A stretch of DNA of 64,000 nucleotides from a virus (IMGVR_UViG_2703718817_000003), one strand, 5' to 3'. Numbered from the stretch's first letter, positions 10,119 to 18,396 are shown. Notes: a model not told the origin generated them from the sequence alone. A program made the numbers and translations.

Positions 10119-10726
10119 GCAGAACTCCTTCTAACCAAAAGAACGCCATCTTCAGAAACAATGTTGCAGGACTTCAGGTAATTCATTGCTACTTTCGGTA
10201 ATGGATTCTTTGGATCGGCGTTTGCCAGGGATTTCGATAACCTCATGATAAATTTGATCATTACCTTCTGACGGAGCTTGTGCTCATGAGATGCAGACAG
10301 GTAATAGGAAATGGTATGGGCTAAACGCTCACGAAGCTGTTCTGTGCCGTGATATACAGCAGCGATATCACGCAGTGCATTGACCAGTTCCCGGTAAATA
10401 TGCGGAGCAACCTGGCATTCAATGTTGGTTGGTGACTCATAAATTACATTCAGCCCCAGCTTTTGAGCCAGCTCGTGCTCTGCACGAGCGCCAACTGATT
10501 CCTCCCACCCCTTGAGCAAATAGACCGCATTAGCCGAACGCACCATTGCAAGGCAAATATCCATGTATTCGCTCTCGCAGAGGCCAGCAGGTAACAGCGC
10601 CGGATTCAGAACAATATGCCCTACCTCCATCAGCTCTTTTGCTTTCGAAAAAAACGCTGTGCGGTTGTAGTCGGGATAACCAGTCATCGGCCCTGCGATG
10701 TAAATTTTCATAATGCGTTTTGACAT
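10115..10726 (-). CDS. DUF4406 / nucleoside 2-deoxyribosyltransferase-like protein with C-terminal extension
   Basis: MKIYIAGPMTGYPDYNRTAFF...NPALLP N-terminal signature; start set at MSKR (10726) where upstream small ORF stop overlaps (TGATG). Confidence 0.5.
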   Translation of the reverse strand: MSKRIMKIYIAGPMTGYPDYNRTAFFSKAKELMEVGHIVLNPALLPAGLCESEYMDICLAMVRSANAVYLLKGWEESVGARAEHELAQKLGLNVIYESPTNIECQVAPHIYRELVNALRDIAAVYHGTEQLRERLAHTISYYLSASHEHKLRQKVMIKFIMRLSKSLANADPKNPLPKVAMNYLKSCNIVSEDGVLLVRRSSA

Positions 10727-10881
10727 CAAAGTTTCCCCAGGAACGTTACGCAAAAGTTGATGAGAGCAAAGAGTTCAATGCCCAGCTCAAACAACGCCAG
10801 GACAGTGAAAAACAGGGCATATAGCAACCCAATTTCTGTACCGGATTGCTGGTGGATTGCACTTATTGCGACAAGCATCAT
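10726..10881 (-). CDS. small hydrophobic peptide (about 50 aa), first gene of leftward operon
   Basis: ATG at 10881 with GGAGGT SD; product MMLVAISAIHQQSGTEIGLLYALFFTVLALFELGIELFALINFCVTFLGKL; below ORF-track size cutoff. Confidence 0.4.
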   Translation of the reverse strand: MMLVAISAIHQQSGTEIGLLYALFFTVLALFELGIELFALINFCVTFLGKL

Positions 10882-10921
10882 GACCTCCTGATATAGCGTC
10901 TGAAAAAAGTATCTTCATTTT

Positions 10922-10953
10922 GTGTTAGAAAATCAATTTTGATTTTCTAACAC
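10922..10953. promoter_or_regulatory. 32-bp perfect palindrome operator between divergent operons
   Basis: GTGTTAGAAAATCAATTTTGATTTTCTAACAC, perfect inverted repeat; between leftward early operon and ref-like gene. Confidence 0.6.
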
Positions 10954-10997
10954 GTTTGATCAACCATAGCGGCGATGTAGACAAACCGGGTATTTCT

Positions 10998-11573
10998 ATG
11001 AAGCAAAGCTATTGGGAGAAACAGACACAAAAAGCCCTGCAAAAACTGGCTGATCCGAAATGGCGGGAGGAACAAAGGGCAAAGCGTCTTCAGCAAGCTC
11101 AACGCCTGCAGCAGCGTGCGCGAGAAAAAGCCGCATCGCCTGAATATCGGCAAAAGAAAATTGAAAAAGCGAAGCAATATGAACAGCGAAGAAAAGAGAA
11201 GGCCGCTTCTGCTCCTGTCAAAAAAACTCGCGCGTCACGCGGCCTGAAAGGCAGAACACTCACAGCAGATGAGCGCCGGATACAAACTGCCATCGGTGCT
11301 CTCCCCTGCATTGCCTGCCATATGCACGGACAGCATAGCCCTGTGGTATCCCTGCACCACATCTTCGGAAGAACAGCAGAGAACGCGCATAAATACGTCC
11401 TCCCTTTGTGTAAATGGCACCATCAACACGCAGCGCCAGCAGAGATCCGCGAGCAATACCCCTGGTTGGTTCCTGTTCATGCTGATGGAAAAATAGGCGG
11501 CAAAGCAGATTTCAGGCGGCACAATGCTGATGAAATGACGTTGTATCAGATGGTGACTGAATTAATAAATTAA
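10998..11573 (+). CDS. P1 Ref-like HNH-type protein (basic disordered N-terminus plus Cys/His core)
   Basis: Lys/Arg-rich N-terminal ~75 aa then CIACHMH...LHHIF...CKWHHQH; size (191 aa from ATG 10998) and architecture match phage P1 Ref. Confidence 0.5.
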   Translation: MKQSYWEKQTQKALQKLADPKWREEQRAKRLQQAQRLQQRAREKAASPEYRQKKIEKAKQYEQRRKEKAASAPVKKTRASRGLKGRTLTADERRIQTAIGALPCIACHMHGQHSPVVSLHHIFGRTAENAHKYVLPLCKWHHQHAAPAEIREQYPWLVPVHADGKIGGKADFRRHNADEMTLYQMVTELIN

Positions 11574-11904
11574 TTTTCTAACATTTTAAGTTGAATTGTG
11601 AGATCCGCCGTTGTACATTCACAACCGATTGGTACACCGGTCAACTTTTTGAGACAAACCGTTTGGTTTTTCGTATGATTGCCGCCGCCATACCAATGGC
11701 GGTGCAATATAGGTGGCTGAAAAGCCCCCGTTGACTCACGGTGTTCCAACCTTTATTGCGCCGCCACCAGACCGTGGAACAGTCGATGGCGGCTCCGAAA
11801 GCAAGGAGTCACTACACTATGAACAGCTACTGTCTTTTCCCATCACTCGTTATCCGCCACTCACGCGATAATCTGCATTCTTTACTCGCGCTGGGGGTGT
11901 CAAA

Positions 11905-12072
11905 ATGACCGTTCGCTATCTCAACTTTCAAATCCAGAACATCACTGGCGGTTGCTATGACTGGTTTGTCACTCTCGGAAAAGAAGTGATCACCGGAAAG
12001 CTGGATGAAGTGAAAGCTAAAGCAATGGCCTACGCCTGCAAGCAAGCCCAAAAGAAGAAAAGAAAAGCATAA
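11905..12072 (+). CDS. small basic protein (55 aa)
   Basis: ATG 11905 preceded by GGGGG; product MTVRYLNFQIQNITGGCYDWFVTLGKEVITGKLDEVKAKAMAYACKQAQKKKRKA; followed by terminator. Confidence 0.35.
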   Translation: MTVRYLNFQIQNITGGCYDWFVTLGKEVITGKLDEVKAKAMAYACKQAQKKKRKA

Positions 12073-12178
12073 TAAAACACACAGTTGCGCCCTGGCATTA
12101 TCGTGGGGTATATTTCTACGGCACCTTAGAAAAACGGGTGCCGGGATTGGAACCCCGGATAATGTCAAAGGCGACACA

Positions 12179-12200
12179 GACGCCGAAAGCGTCTTTTTTT
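12179..12200 (+). terminator. Rho-independent terminator
   Basis: GACGC-CGAAA-GCGTC hairpin followed by TTTTTTT. Confidence 0.6.
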
Positions 12201-12224
12201 GTGTCATGCCATCGCGCAGCCATA

Positions 12225-12320
12225 CGTAGCGTTTAGCTCAGAGATCAATGGTAGTGCTGGCTGGGCTGCCGAAAGGCAGGCCGGTTCCCTTTGACGCCGG
12301 TAGTTCCAACCCAGTCAGTG
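12225..12320 (+). ncRNA. c4-like antisense RNA of immI-type module (copy 1)
   Basis: Contains b' CCCTTTGAC (12288-12296) and a' GTTCCAA (12303-12309) complementary to b2 GTCAAAGG (12367-12374, at the icd SD) and a2 TTGGAAC (12336-12342); same targets repeated upstream as a1/b1 (12147-12171); boundaries approximate. Confidence 0.45.
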
Positions 12321-12385
12321 CTACCGCCATTGAGATTGGAACCTCACGCGGTAGCTCCTTAACTTAGTCAAAGGAGGCTGCCAAT

Positions 12386-12601
12386 ATGGCTACTATCCCC
12401 ACCCCAACTCATTCTGAATTTATCTGGCGTTTCTATTCCTGCCAAAAACACCTCTATATCTGCGTCATGGCTGCTACCGAAGCAGAAGCGCGCTCATACC
12501 TTCCCGAAGAACCCTGCATTTTTGCTGCTCGCTTCACTCTTGATGCGATGGAGATCCTCAATTACTGGAATCTGCCGATGAACTGCGTGGAGGTGCACTG
12601 A
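12386..12601 (+). CDS. Icd-like small protein (immI module)
   Basis: 71 aa, AAGGAGG SD, stop overlaps rha start (TGATG); paralog of 63277..63501. Confidence 0.6.
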   Translation: MATIPTPTHSEFIWRFYSCQKHLYICVMAATEAEARSYLPEEPCIFAARFTLDAMEILNYWNLPMNCVEVH

Positions 12602-13542
12602 TGAATCTGTCCATCTCTCAAAAAGCGACAATGACCAGTATTGAAATCGCGGAACTGGTAGGTAAGCGTCATGATAATGTGAAGCGTACCATTGAAGTAT
12701 TAACTAAAGGTGGTGTCATTCAATTTCCTCAAATTGAGGAAATTGAAAATAAACAATCAGTTGGCCCTCGTCGATTTTCCAAGGCTTACATCTTTGAAGG
12801 CGAACAAGGCAAGCGTGACAGTATCATTGTCGTTGCGCAGCTCTCTCCGGAATTCACCGCCCGGCTGGTGGACCGCTGGCGCGAACTGGAGAATGCCAGG
12901 GGACCGTTAAAATCAAAAGCCGAAATCCTGGCTGAAATGGCGCAAATGCATCTTGAGCATGAACGCCGGATCAACGCTGTTAATGCCCAGGTAGCCGAAG
13001 TATCGGCACAAGTGTCCAAAGTCGCTGAAACCGTCGAGCAGATCAAGAAAGGCAACATACCAGAAGGTTACATTGGCTATCGCCAGTTAGCGGCGAAATG
13101 CGGCCTGACTGAAGCCAAATGCCGCAACCTGGTCAACGCTTACCGGATCCCCACAGATACGCATGAGTTTTTGACTCCCGACGGTTTGCTTGCGCGACGC
13201 TCAATTGTGGCCCTGGCCCCCTTCCGGAAAGCCTTTAAGCAGGTGATGTCGGAGGCAGAACCACGTAACAAACGCTGGTATCATCCCAGGATGGGGCTAT
13301 TTCAGGCCATTCACCATCCTGTGCCTGAAAGTCCAAAGGCAAACCTGTCGTTGCATACCGCCAGAGAGAAGATTAAAACAGGGTATGCAACCGTATGCCG
13401 TCGAGCATCCTGGCCTGAAAGTGTCTGGGTATGGCCCGAAAGAGGCTCACGGAAAAACTGGCGCACCATTCGCGACGGCAAGATCTGTGCGATTGATTTA
13501 CAGCCAGAAGATGTAGCAGCGACCGACTGGATTGTTAGTTAA
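12601..13542 (+). CDS. Rha-family phage regulatory/antirepressor protein
   Basis: N-terminal MTSIEIAELVGKRHDNVKRTIEVL... Phage_pRha-type signature; 313 aa. Confidence 0.75.
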   Translation: MNLSISQKATMTSIEIAELVGKRHDNVKRTIEVLTKGGVIQFPQIEEIENKQSVGPRRFSKAYIFEGEQGKRDSIIVVAQLSPEFTARLVDRWRELENARGPLKSKAEILAEMAQMHLEHERRINAVNAQVAEVSAQVSKVAETVEQIKKGNIPEGYIGYRQLAAKCGLTEAKCRNLVNAYRIPTDTHEFLTPDGLLARRSIVALAPFRKAFKQVMSEAEPRNKRWYHPRMGLFQAIHHPVPESPKANLSLHTAREKIKTGYATVCRRASWPESVWVWPERGSRKNWRTIRDGKICAIDLQPEDVAATDWIVS

Positions 13543-13549
13543 TAGATTT

Positions 13550-13572
13550 GCCCCGGTCATGCCGGGGCTTTA
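13550..13572 (+). terminator. hairpin terminator after rha
   Basis: GCCCCGG-TCATG-CCGGGGC stem-loop followed by TTT. Confidence 0.45.
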
Positions 13573-13598
13573 ACTACTAAGTGACCGGACACAGCAAA

Positions 13599-13919
13599 AT
13601 GTATGCCACGAAAAAAATTGATTTCACTTATTCTTCCGCCACAATTGAGCGGCGCTTCACCCTCATTAGAGAGTTGGAACTGTCAAAAGTCTGGTATCAA
13701 ATTCTACTGGATGAAGAGTTCTCACTGATGATAATGGCTGAAAAAGAAGCAATGCCGAATGACCGGCATAAAGTCATTGCCAGCCTTGACCTGGTGACAA
13801 ACAGATACTGGGAGACAGAGGAACTGCGTGAAGCGGGAGTAATTCGTGACCTGATGGAGAGTTCCGTTCCCCGCCGCTATCGTGCGGGAAACGAAATCTC
13901 CGTGATTAAAGGGGCTTAA
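13599..13919 (+). CDS. hypothetical protein
   Basis: 106 aa from ATG 13599 (ORF-track frame 13581..13919); no recognisable motif. Confidence 0.4.
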   Translation: MYATKKIDFTYSSATIERRFTLIRELELSKVWYQILLDEEFSLMIMAEKEAMPNDRHKVIASLDLVTNRYWETEELREAGVIRDLMESSVPRRYRAGNEISVIKGA

Positions 13920-14308
13920 AGCTCACCAGCACGCTGTTTTTCAAGCGTAGATTTAACATTGGGCGCTTTCCCTTTAAAAGAATGGAAAGTGCCACATTTT
14001 TCTGTTTTAACCTCGCGCAGAGCTTCGCCATCGGCATTCTGCCATTGATGAGATAACGTCATATCACCACGAGAAGGAACATCCAGCGAGTACAACGTGT
14101 AAGTTCCCCCCATCTCGGCATACTCCTGGAACACATAGCTCATTACGTCAGATTCAGTTTTCCGGTGCGCGTTATCGACCTTATTCCCATTCAGAAATAT
14201 GGCGTTCGGATAGATTTTTATATCAAACCTACCGCACTTCACTTGTAAATTCCCGGCATGAGCGATCAAAGGGAAAGCTGCCAATAAAGCAATAGCTAAT
14301 CTTTTCAA
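13916..14308 (-). CDS. secreted protein with signal peptide (cargo)
   Basis: MKRLAIALLAAFPLIAHA signal peptide; 130 aa. Confidence 0.55.
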   Translation of the reverse strand: MKRLAIALLAAFPLIAHAGNLQVKCGRFDIKIYPNAIFLNGNKVDNAHRKTESDVMSYVFQEYAEMGGTYTLYSLDVPSRGDMTLSHQWQNADGEALREVKTEKCGTFHSFKGKAPNVKSTLEKQRAGEL

Positions 14309-14328
14309 TTCTGCCTCCGCTGCGTAAC

Positions 14329-14949
14329 TTATTGCCCGTATTGTTTACACCATTGCTCTGCCATTTGTGGGGCTAAAGGCCCAGCCACTGCGCTGTATTC
14401 TGCTGTTTTGCTTTGCACGCATGAGGCAGATGGTTTTTTATTGCGCTGTTCCTTGAGTTGTTTTTCATAGGCAACGATGGCATCGAAACCAGCTACATCT
14501 TCCTCCCTCATGAACCCTTTCTTGATCAGAAACTGCTGACCTTCCGGCACCAATGCTAGAGCATACAACGGCTGCAACAGCTCCCCCAATCCTTCCCGGC
14601 TATAAACTTGAAACTGCATCCAGCTTTTACTTAACGCTGTCATAGTGTCTTTGGTGGAATAGCCAGCCTTGCGTATAGCCTTGTCTAATCGATCTGCTGA
14701 ATACGCAAACAAACAGAAATCGCCCTTTCCTGTAAACCCCGGTTCAACCGGTTGCAACGTGATATTTTCTTTTTCGCAAAAGTCTATAAATTCATCAGGT
14801 CTATCGGTTTTATAGTCCCGCAATACCTTCAGTCCAGCCTCATACTTTGCAGGTAACGCGCCTGCATAGGCAGCATTAAGAGAAACTCCCCCCAATATAA
14901 CCGCGAGCACTGCTCCCAAAACCCTTAACTTCACAAAACCATCCTTCAT
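14329..14949 (-). CDS. secreted/periplasmic protein (cargo)
   Basis: Start set at MKDGFVKLRVLGAVLAVILGGVSLNAAYA (signal-peptide-like); ORF-track frame 14329..15090. Confidence 0.5.
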   Translation of the reverse strand: MKDGFVKLRVLGAVLAVILGGVSLNAAYAGALPAKYEAGLKVLRDYKTDRPDEFIDFCEKENITLQPVEPGFTGKGDFCLFAYSADRLDKAIRKAGYSTKDTMTALSKSWMQFQVYSREGLGELLQPLYALALVPEGQQFLIKKGFMREEDVAGFDAIVAYEKQLKEQRNKKPSASCVQSKTAEYSAVAGPLAPQMAEQWCKQYGQ

Positions 14950-15164
14950 GTAAAAAAACTGAAGTTTTATGTTACAAAAGCAAACATGTACGCCAAAATG
15001 ACCTAGGCCAAATTCAGCGCGAATAAAAAATTCAAAAAAATTGTTGACACTATTCTGGAAATCACAATCTGGACAAAATCCATTACGCAAACGGCTCCCG
15101 TTGAAGGTTCTTTTGACGACTAACTTTCAGCCGATGCGCGGTAGGGAGTCATAACGCCAAAGCA

Positions 15165-15188
15165 GGCCGCCATGTGCGGCCTTTTTTT
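15165..15188 (+). terminator. Rho-independent terminator 26 nt upstream of 15215 gene
   Basis: GGCCGC-CATGT-GCGGCC hairpin followed by TTTTTTT. Confidence 0.55.
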
Positions 15189-15214
15189 GTGCCTGCTATC
15201 GTGGAGTAAAAGCC

Positions 15215-15868
15215 ATGCAAAAGATCGCAATATTCAGCCTTTCTACTAACAAGCCGCTGATGGCTACAGCAGTCCTGAAAGACGGCGCGCTTGTAATTGA
15301 CAAAGTAAAGCCCCTCCCTGCATCTGCAATTGAGCAAAAACGAAAAATTCCACCAGCAATTGCCGAGCTGCGTAAAAGTGAATTTAAGGTGCTGGTTGAC
15401 GAAATCACGCCAACCATTTCAGCCGGTACAGGGGCCAGTCAGGTAACATTAAAAACACGGCACGCCGACGGCAGAGCGGCGATCATTGTCGGCATGGAGA
15501 GATACCGAGAGCTGAAACTACAAAGACTGCTATCCCTGCCTGACAAGAACAAAGGGGCATTCGAGATCCCCGACTCTATCGTCGATACCGAATACAACGG
15601 CAACGGTGAAGAGGTTTATCGAGTTAACTGGCAAGATATCCGACCAGAGCACATCCTGATGATTCTGTGCTGCTATGCAACGGTATACCACAATGTTGCC
15701 AGCGCGGATTACCTGAAACAAATGACAGGAGCGGTAGAGAAAGAAAACAAAGCAGGGATAATGGCCTCGTTCCTGTCAATTATCAGCGATCAAAAAGCTA
15801 AAGCAGGAAATACCCAACCAAAATCGCTGGCCGGGCAAGTAATTGATGAAGATACGGTGATACTTTAA
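15215..15868 (+). CDS. hypothetical protein (cargo)
   Basis: 217 aa, GGAG SD; no recognisable catalytic motif. Confidence 0.5.
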   Translation: MQKIAIFSLSTNKPLMATAVLKDGALVIDKVKPLPASAIEQKRKIPPAIAELRKSEFKVLVDEITPTISAGTGASQVTLKTRHADGRAAIIVGMERYRELKLQRLLSLPDKNKGAFEIPDSIVDTEYNGNGEEVYRVNWQDIRPEHILMILCCYATVYHNVASADYLKQMTGAVEKENKAGIMASFLSIISDQKAKAGNTQPKSLAGQVIDEDTVIL

Positions 15869-16003
15869 TCAACTCAGTAGCTTTGTTAACTCCCTTAATA
15901 CAAGGTAGAAGAGTAACAAAAACACTGACGTGGATACCTGCTGAGTTAAAGAAGCACTAATGAATTTATTCAATAAATCAATCAGCTTATTAAAAATATT
16001 CAT
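15869..16003 (-). CDS. possible small hydrophobic peptide (44 aa)
   Basis: MNIFNKLIDLLNKFISASLTQQVSTSVFLLLFYLVLRELTKLLS; AT-rich context, weak support. Confidence 0.2.
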   Translation of the reverse strand: MNIFNKLIDLLNKFISASLTQQVSTSVFLLLFYLVLRELTKLLS

Positions 16004-16204
16004 CTTTTCGAATCCATTCGATCGGTAAATAACACCCAGCTCACTATCGAGCTGGTCCATGCCTTAAGATTAATGAAAGTCACTTGTTGACAGTCAATAA
16101 ATTCCAGGGCGGCGAAAAAACTCTGTCTATACGGATAGTGCTTGCATTTTGCTCTTTCTGCGTGTAGCGTATATACACAGGTTACACGCACGAATGGAAT
16201 TATT

Positions 16205-16486
16205 TTGATTAAGTCATTTCGCCATAAAGGGCTTGAACGCTTTTTCAAGACAGGTTCAACCGCAGGCATTCAGGCCAAACATGCGGTTAAGCTACGCATT
16301 CAATTGACTGCGCTTAATACAGCTAAACGCCCGGACGATATGTCTGCGCCTGGATGGGAATTGCACCCTCTAAAGGGGGCGGACCTTAAAGGTCACTGGG
16401 CAATATCGGTAAACGGTAACTGGCGACTTACCTTCCGATTTGAAGGAGAAGACGCAATTCTAGTTGACTATCAGGATTATCATTGA
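16205..16486 (+). CDS. higB: HigB toxin (RelE/ParE superfamily, plasmid maintenance killer type)
   Basis: [18 protein letters not shown]...[31 protein letters not shown] signature; TTG start at 16205 (ORF-track frame starts 16142). Confidence 0.75.
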   Translation: MIKSFRHKGLERFFKTGSTAGIQAKHAVKLRIQLTALNTAKRPDDMSAPGWELHPLKGADLKGHWAISVNGNWRLTFRFEGEDAILVDYQDYH

Positions 16487-16494
16487 GGAACACT

Positions 16495-16776
16495 ATGAGT
16501 CGTATGCATAATCCCGCGCATCCAGGCGCGGTTCTTCGTGAATATTTGGGAGACATGTCAGTCACAGACGCCGCTGCTGCATTAGGCATTACTCGCACGG
16601 CGCTTTCCCGAATTCTGAACGAAAAAGCAGGTATTTCTGCTGATATGGCACTTCGTCTGGAGTCCGCTCTTGGAACCAGTGCCGAAATGTGGACCGGTAT
16701 GCAATCCCAGTATGAGCTTTGGGTTGCTTCGCAAACCACTCGCCCAAACATCCGTCCATTATTTTTCCACGCATAA
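16495..16776 (+). CDS. higA: HigA antitoxin (XRE-type HTH)
   Basis: [18 protein letters not shown]... with HTH; directly downstream of higB; GAGGAA SD. Confidence 0.75.
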   Translation: MSRMHNPAHPGAVLREYLGDMSVTDAAAALGITRTALSRILNEKAGISADMALRLESALGTSAEMWTGMQSQYELWVASQTTRPNIRPLFFHA

Positions 16777-16868
16777 TTTCACAGCGTCACCAAGCCAGGT
16801 GGCGCTGCTTTCTCGCATTTCACACCCTGCATACAGTTCCCCCCAGGTTATGACTGTGAGGAACTGTT

Positions 16869-17198
16869 ATGAGTTACAGCAGGCTCGACGATCGATGCAT
16901 TGAAGACGATGTGCTGCGCGCACTATTCCATCAGGAGATGATCAAGCGGGTATCGGAGTATCACTCCGATAATTTCCAGTACACGATAAAAATTGATGAG
17001 GTTTATCGCTCAGACCTGGCGGCCTATCGCGCCTATGGCAACGCTGATTTGCGCTGGGTATTTCGCGTGCTGGTGGGCCATGAGTCAGAAATGGAAGAAA
17101 TGCCGGTCGGGACAACGTTAACTCTTCCTGACGCAGCATGGCTAAGAAACAAGATTCGCGATTACGCTGGCTCGGCACCGGAGATAGAAAATGCCTGA
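16869..17198 (+). CDS. hypothetical protein, first gene of unknown two-gene operon
   Basis: 109 aa; stop overlaps next start (ATGCCTGA). Confidence 0.45.
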   Translation: MSYSRLDDRCIEDDVLRALFHQEMIKRVSEYHSDNFQYTIKIDEVYRSDLAAYRAYGNADLRWVFRVLVGHESEMEEMPVGTTLTLPDAAWLRNKIRDYAGSAPEIENA

Positions 17199-18396
17199 CT
17201 TCCTGAAAAATCAGGACGGGCGATATATCACTGACGGCCTGTCCTCTAAGGATTTCACACGCGTATTTGAACTCATCAGGAAAGAGCAAAACCGCAAACG
17301 CCGCCAGGCGCACAGGACACTCACGCCGGGCAGGCTTAGGAATAAATCAGCCGAAGACATTCTTAAGCTGGGGAAAAAGAAAGGCGGCACGTTCTTTACG
17401 CGTGACGATCTGAAAGGCTTCGAAAAGCTGCGAAGCAAAGCTCGCGAAAAATACGACAGCAAGACGGCTGGCATTACATACGCACAACTGGTAGCGTCCA
17501 GCCAGGCTATCGATATTAAGCGAGCAAATAACGCCGTAGACGACGGTTCTGGTATCAAAAGAGCTACGCCCGTATCTCTTCGTCACAATGTGATTAATAT
17601 CCGCGTGGAAGCGTCCGATATATCCGTTCACCAGCACCACATTGTCCGGGTACGTTTTGAAGAATGGGATCAGATGGTCGATGACATCGCAGAAGACGAT
17701 AAATCAGCCCTGAAAGTCACAAAATCACTGTGTGCCGGGCGAGTGTCTTTCGATTGTGACTGCGGTCGCCATCAATACTGGTATCGCTACATCGCCACTG
17801 CGGGTAACTTTGCCCTGGCCCCGCCAAAAGAATACGCCTATCCAAAAGTTCGCAACCCTAAGCTGCAAGGCGTCGCCTGTAAACATGTGATCCACTCAAT
17901 GACACGACTACAGTCTGCCAGTTGGCAGATGAGTATTGCTCGCGCCCTGCAAAAAGCTGCAACGCAAGTTGCCTTTGGTGACGATCGCCGCCGCACGACA
18001 AAACACTTCACAAAAGAAGACGAGAAGGCGTTCAATCGAAACCGTAGCAGCAAAACGAATGTTGAGGCAGCTAAACGTGAATGGAAGCTCTATCAGAAAC
18101 GCCAGGCCGCTTTAAGCTCAAAACTGGCAAAGGACAACGGTAAGATCGACAAGCTGCGCGACCAACTGACCAGGGCCAGAAAGTTATCCGACGCACAGAA
18201 AAAACGGGCAGCGGCAAAAGAAGCTGCTTTGCAACGGGAGAAGCAGAAAAACAAGGAACTTCAGCAACGCCTTGCTGATCAGTTCGCACTGAAGAAGCAG
18301 GCGTTCATTGATGCGCTTGTTATGGCAGGAACACCACCAGCACAAGCCGAAAAGATGTTCATGGCGTATGTGAAGAACAACGTAAAAAATGTATAA
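17191..18396 (+). CDS. hypothetical protein with Cys/His cluster and Lys-rich coiled-coil C-terminus
   Basis: 401 aa; FDCDCGRH...CKHVIH motif; C-terminal ~120 aa strongly basic/coiled-coil. Confidence 0.5.
   Translation: MPDFLKNQDGRYITDGLSSKDFTRVFELIRKEQNRKRRQAHRTLTPGRLRNKSAEDILKLGKKKGGTFFTRDDLKGFEKLRSKAREKYDSKTAGITYAQLVASSQAIDIKRANNAVDDGSGIKRATPVSLRHNVINIRVEASDISVHQHHIVRVRFEEWDQMVDDIAEDDKSALKVTKSLCAGRVSFDCDCGRHQYWYRYIATAGNFALAPPKEYAYPKVRNPKLQGVACKHVIHSMTRLQSASWQMSIARALQKAATQVAFGDDRRRTTKHFTKEDEKAFNRNRSSKTNVEAAKREWKLYQKRQAALSSKLAKDNGKIDKLRDQLTRARKLSDAQKKRAAAKEAALQREKQKNKELQQRLADQFALKKQAFIDALVMAGTPPAQAEKMFMAYVKNNVKNV

Noticed and set aside
11580-11830. tRNA or other structured RNA gene in the hairpin-rich region after ref
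   Set aside because: Several stem-loops are present but no cloverleaf with proper anticodon and T-loop could be built by eye; needs tRNAscan/Infernal.
11827-12207. 126-aa minus-strand ORF from the six-frame track
   Set aside because: Overlaps the better-supported 55-aa plus-strand ORF, a terminator and the a1/b1 elements of the immI module; no SD, odd composition; likely spurious.
17700-17900. SWIM zinc finger in the 401-aa protein
   Set aside because: The Cys/His motif has the CxC...CxH order, but the spacer (~37 residues) is longer than typical SWIM domains; reported only as a generic Cys/His cluster.
17191-18396. Possible P1 PacA-like terminase small subunit (similar length, ~400 aa)
   Set aside because: No cluster of TGATCA/G hexamers inside the gene (only scattered single GATC sites) and no terminase large subunit gene downstream.
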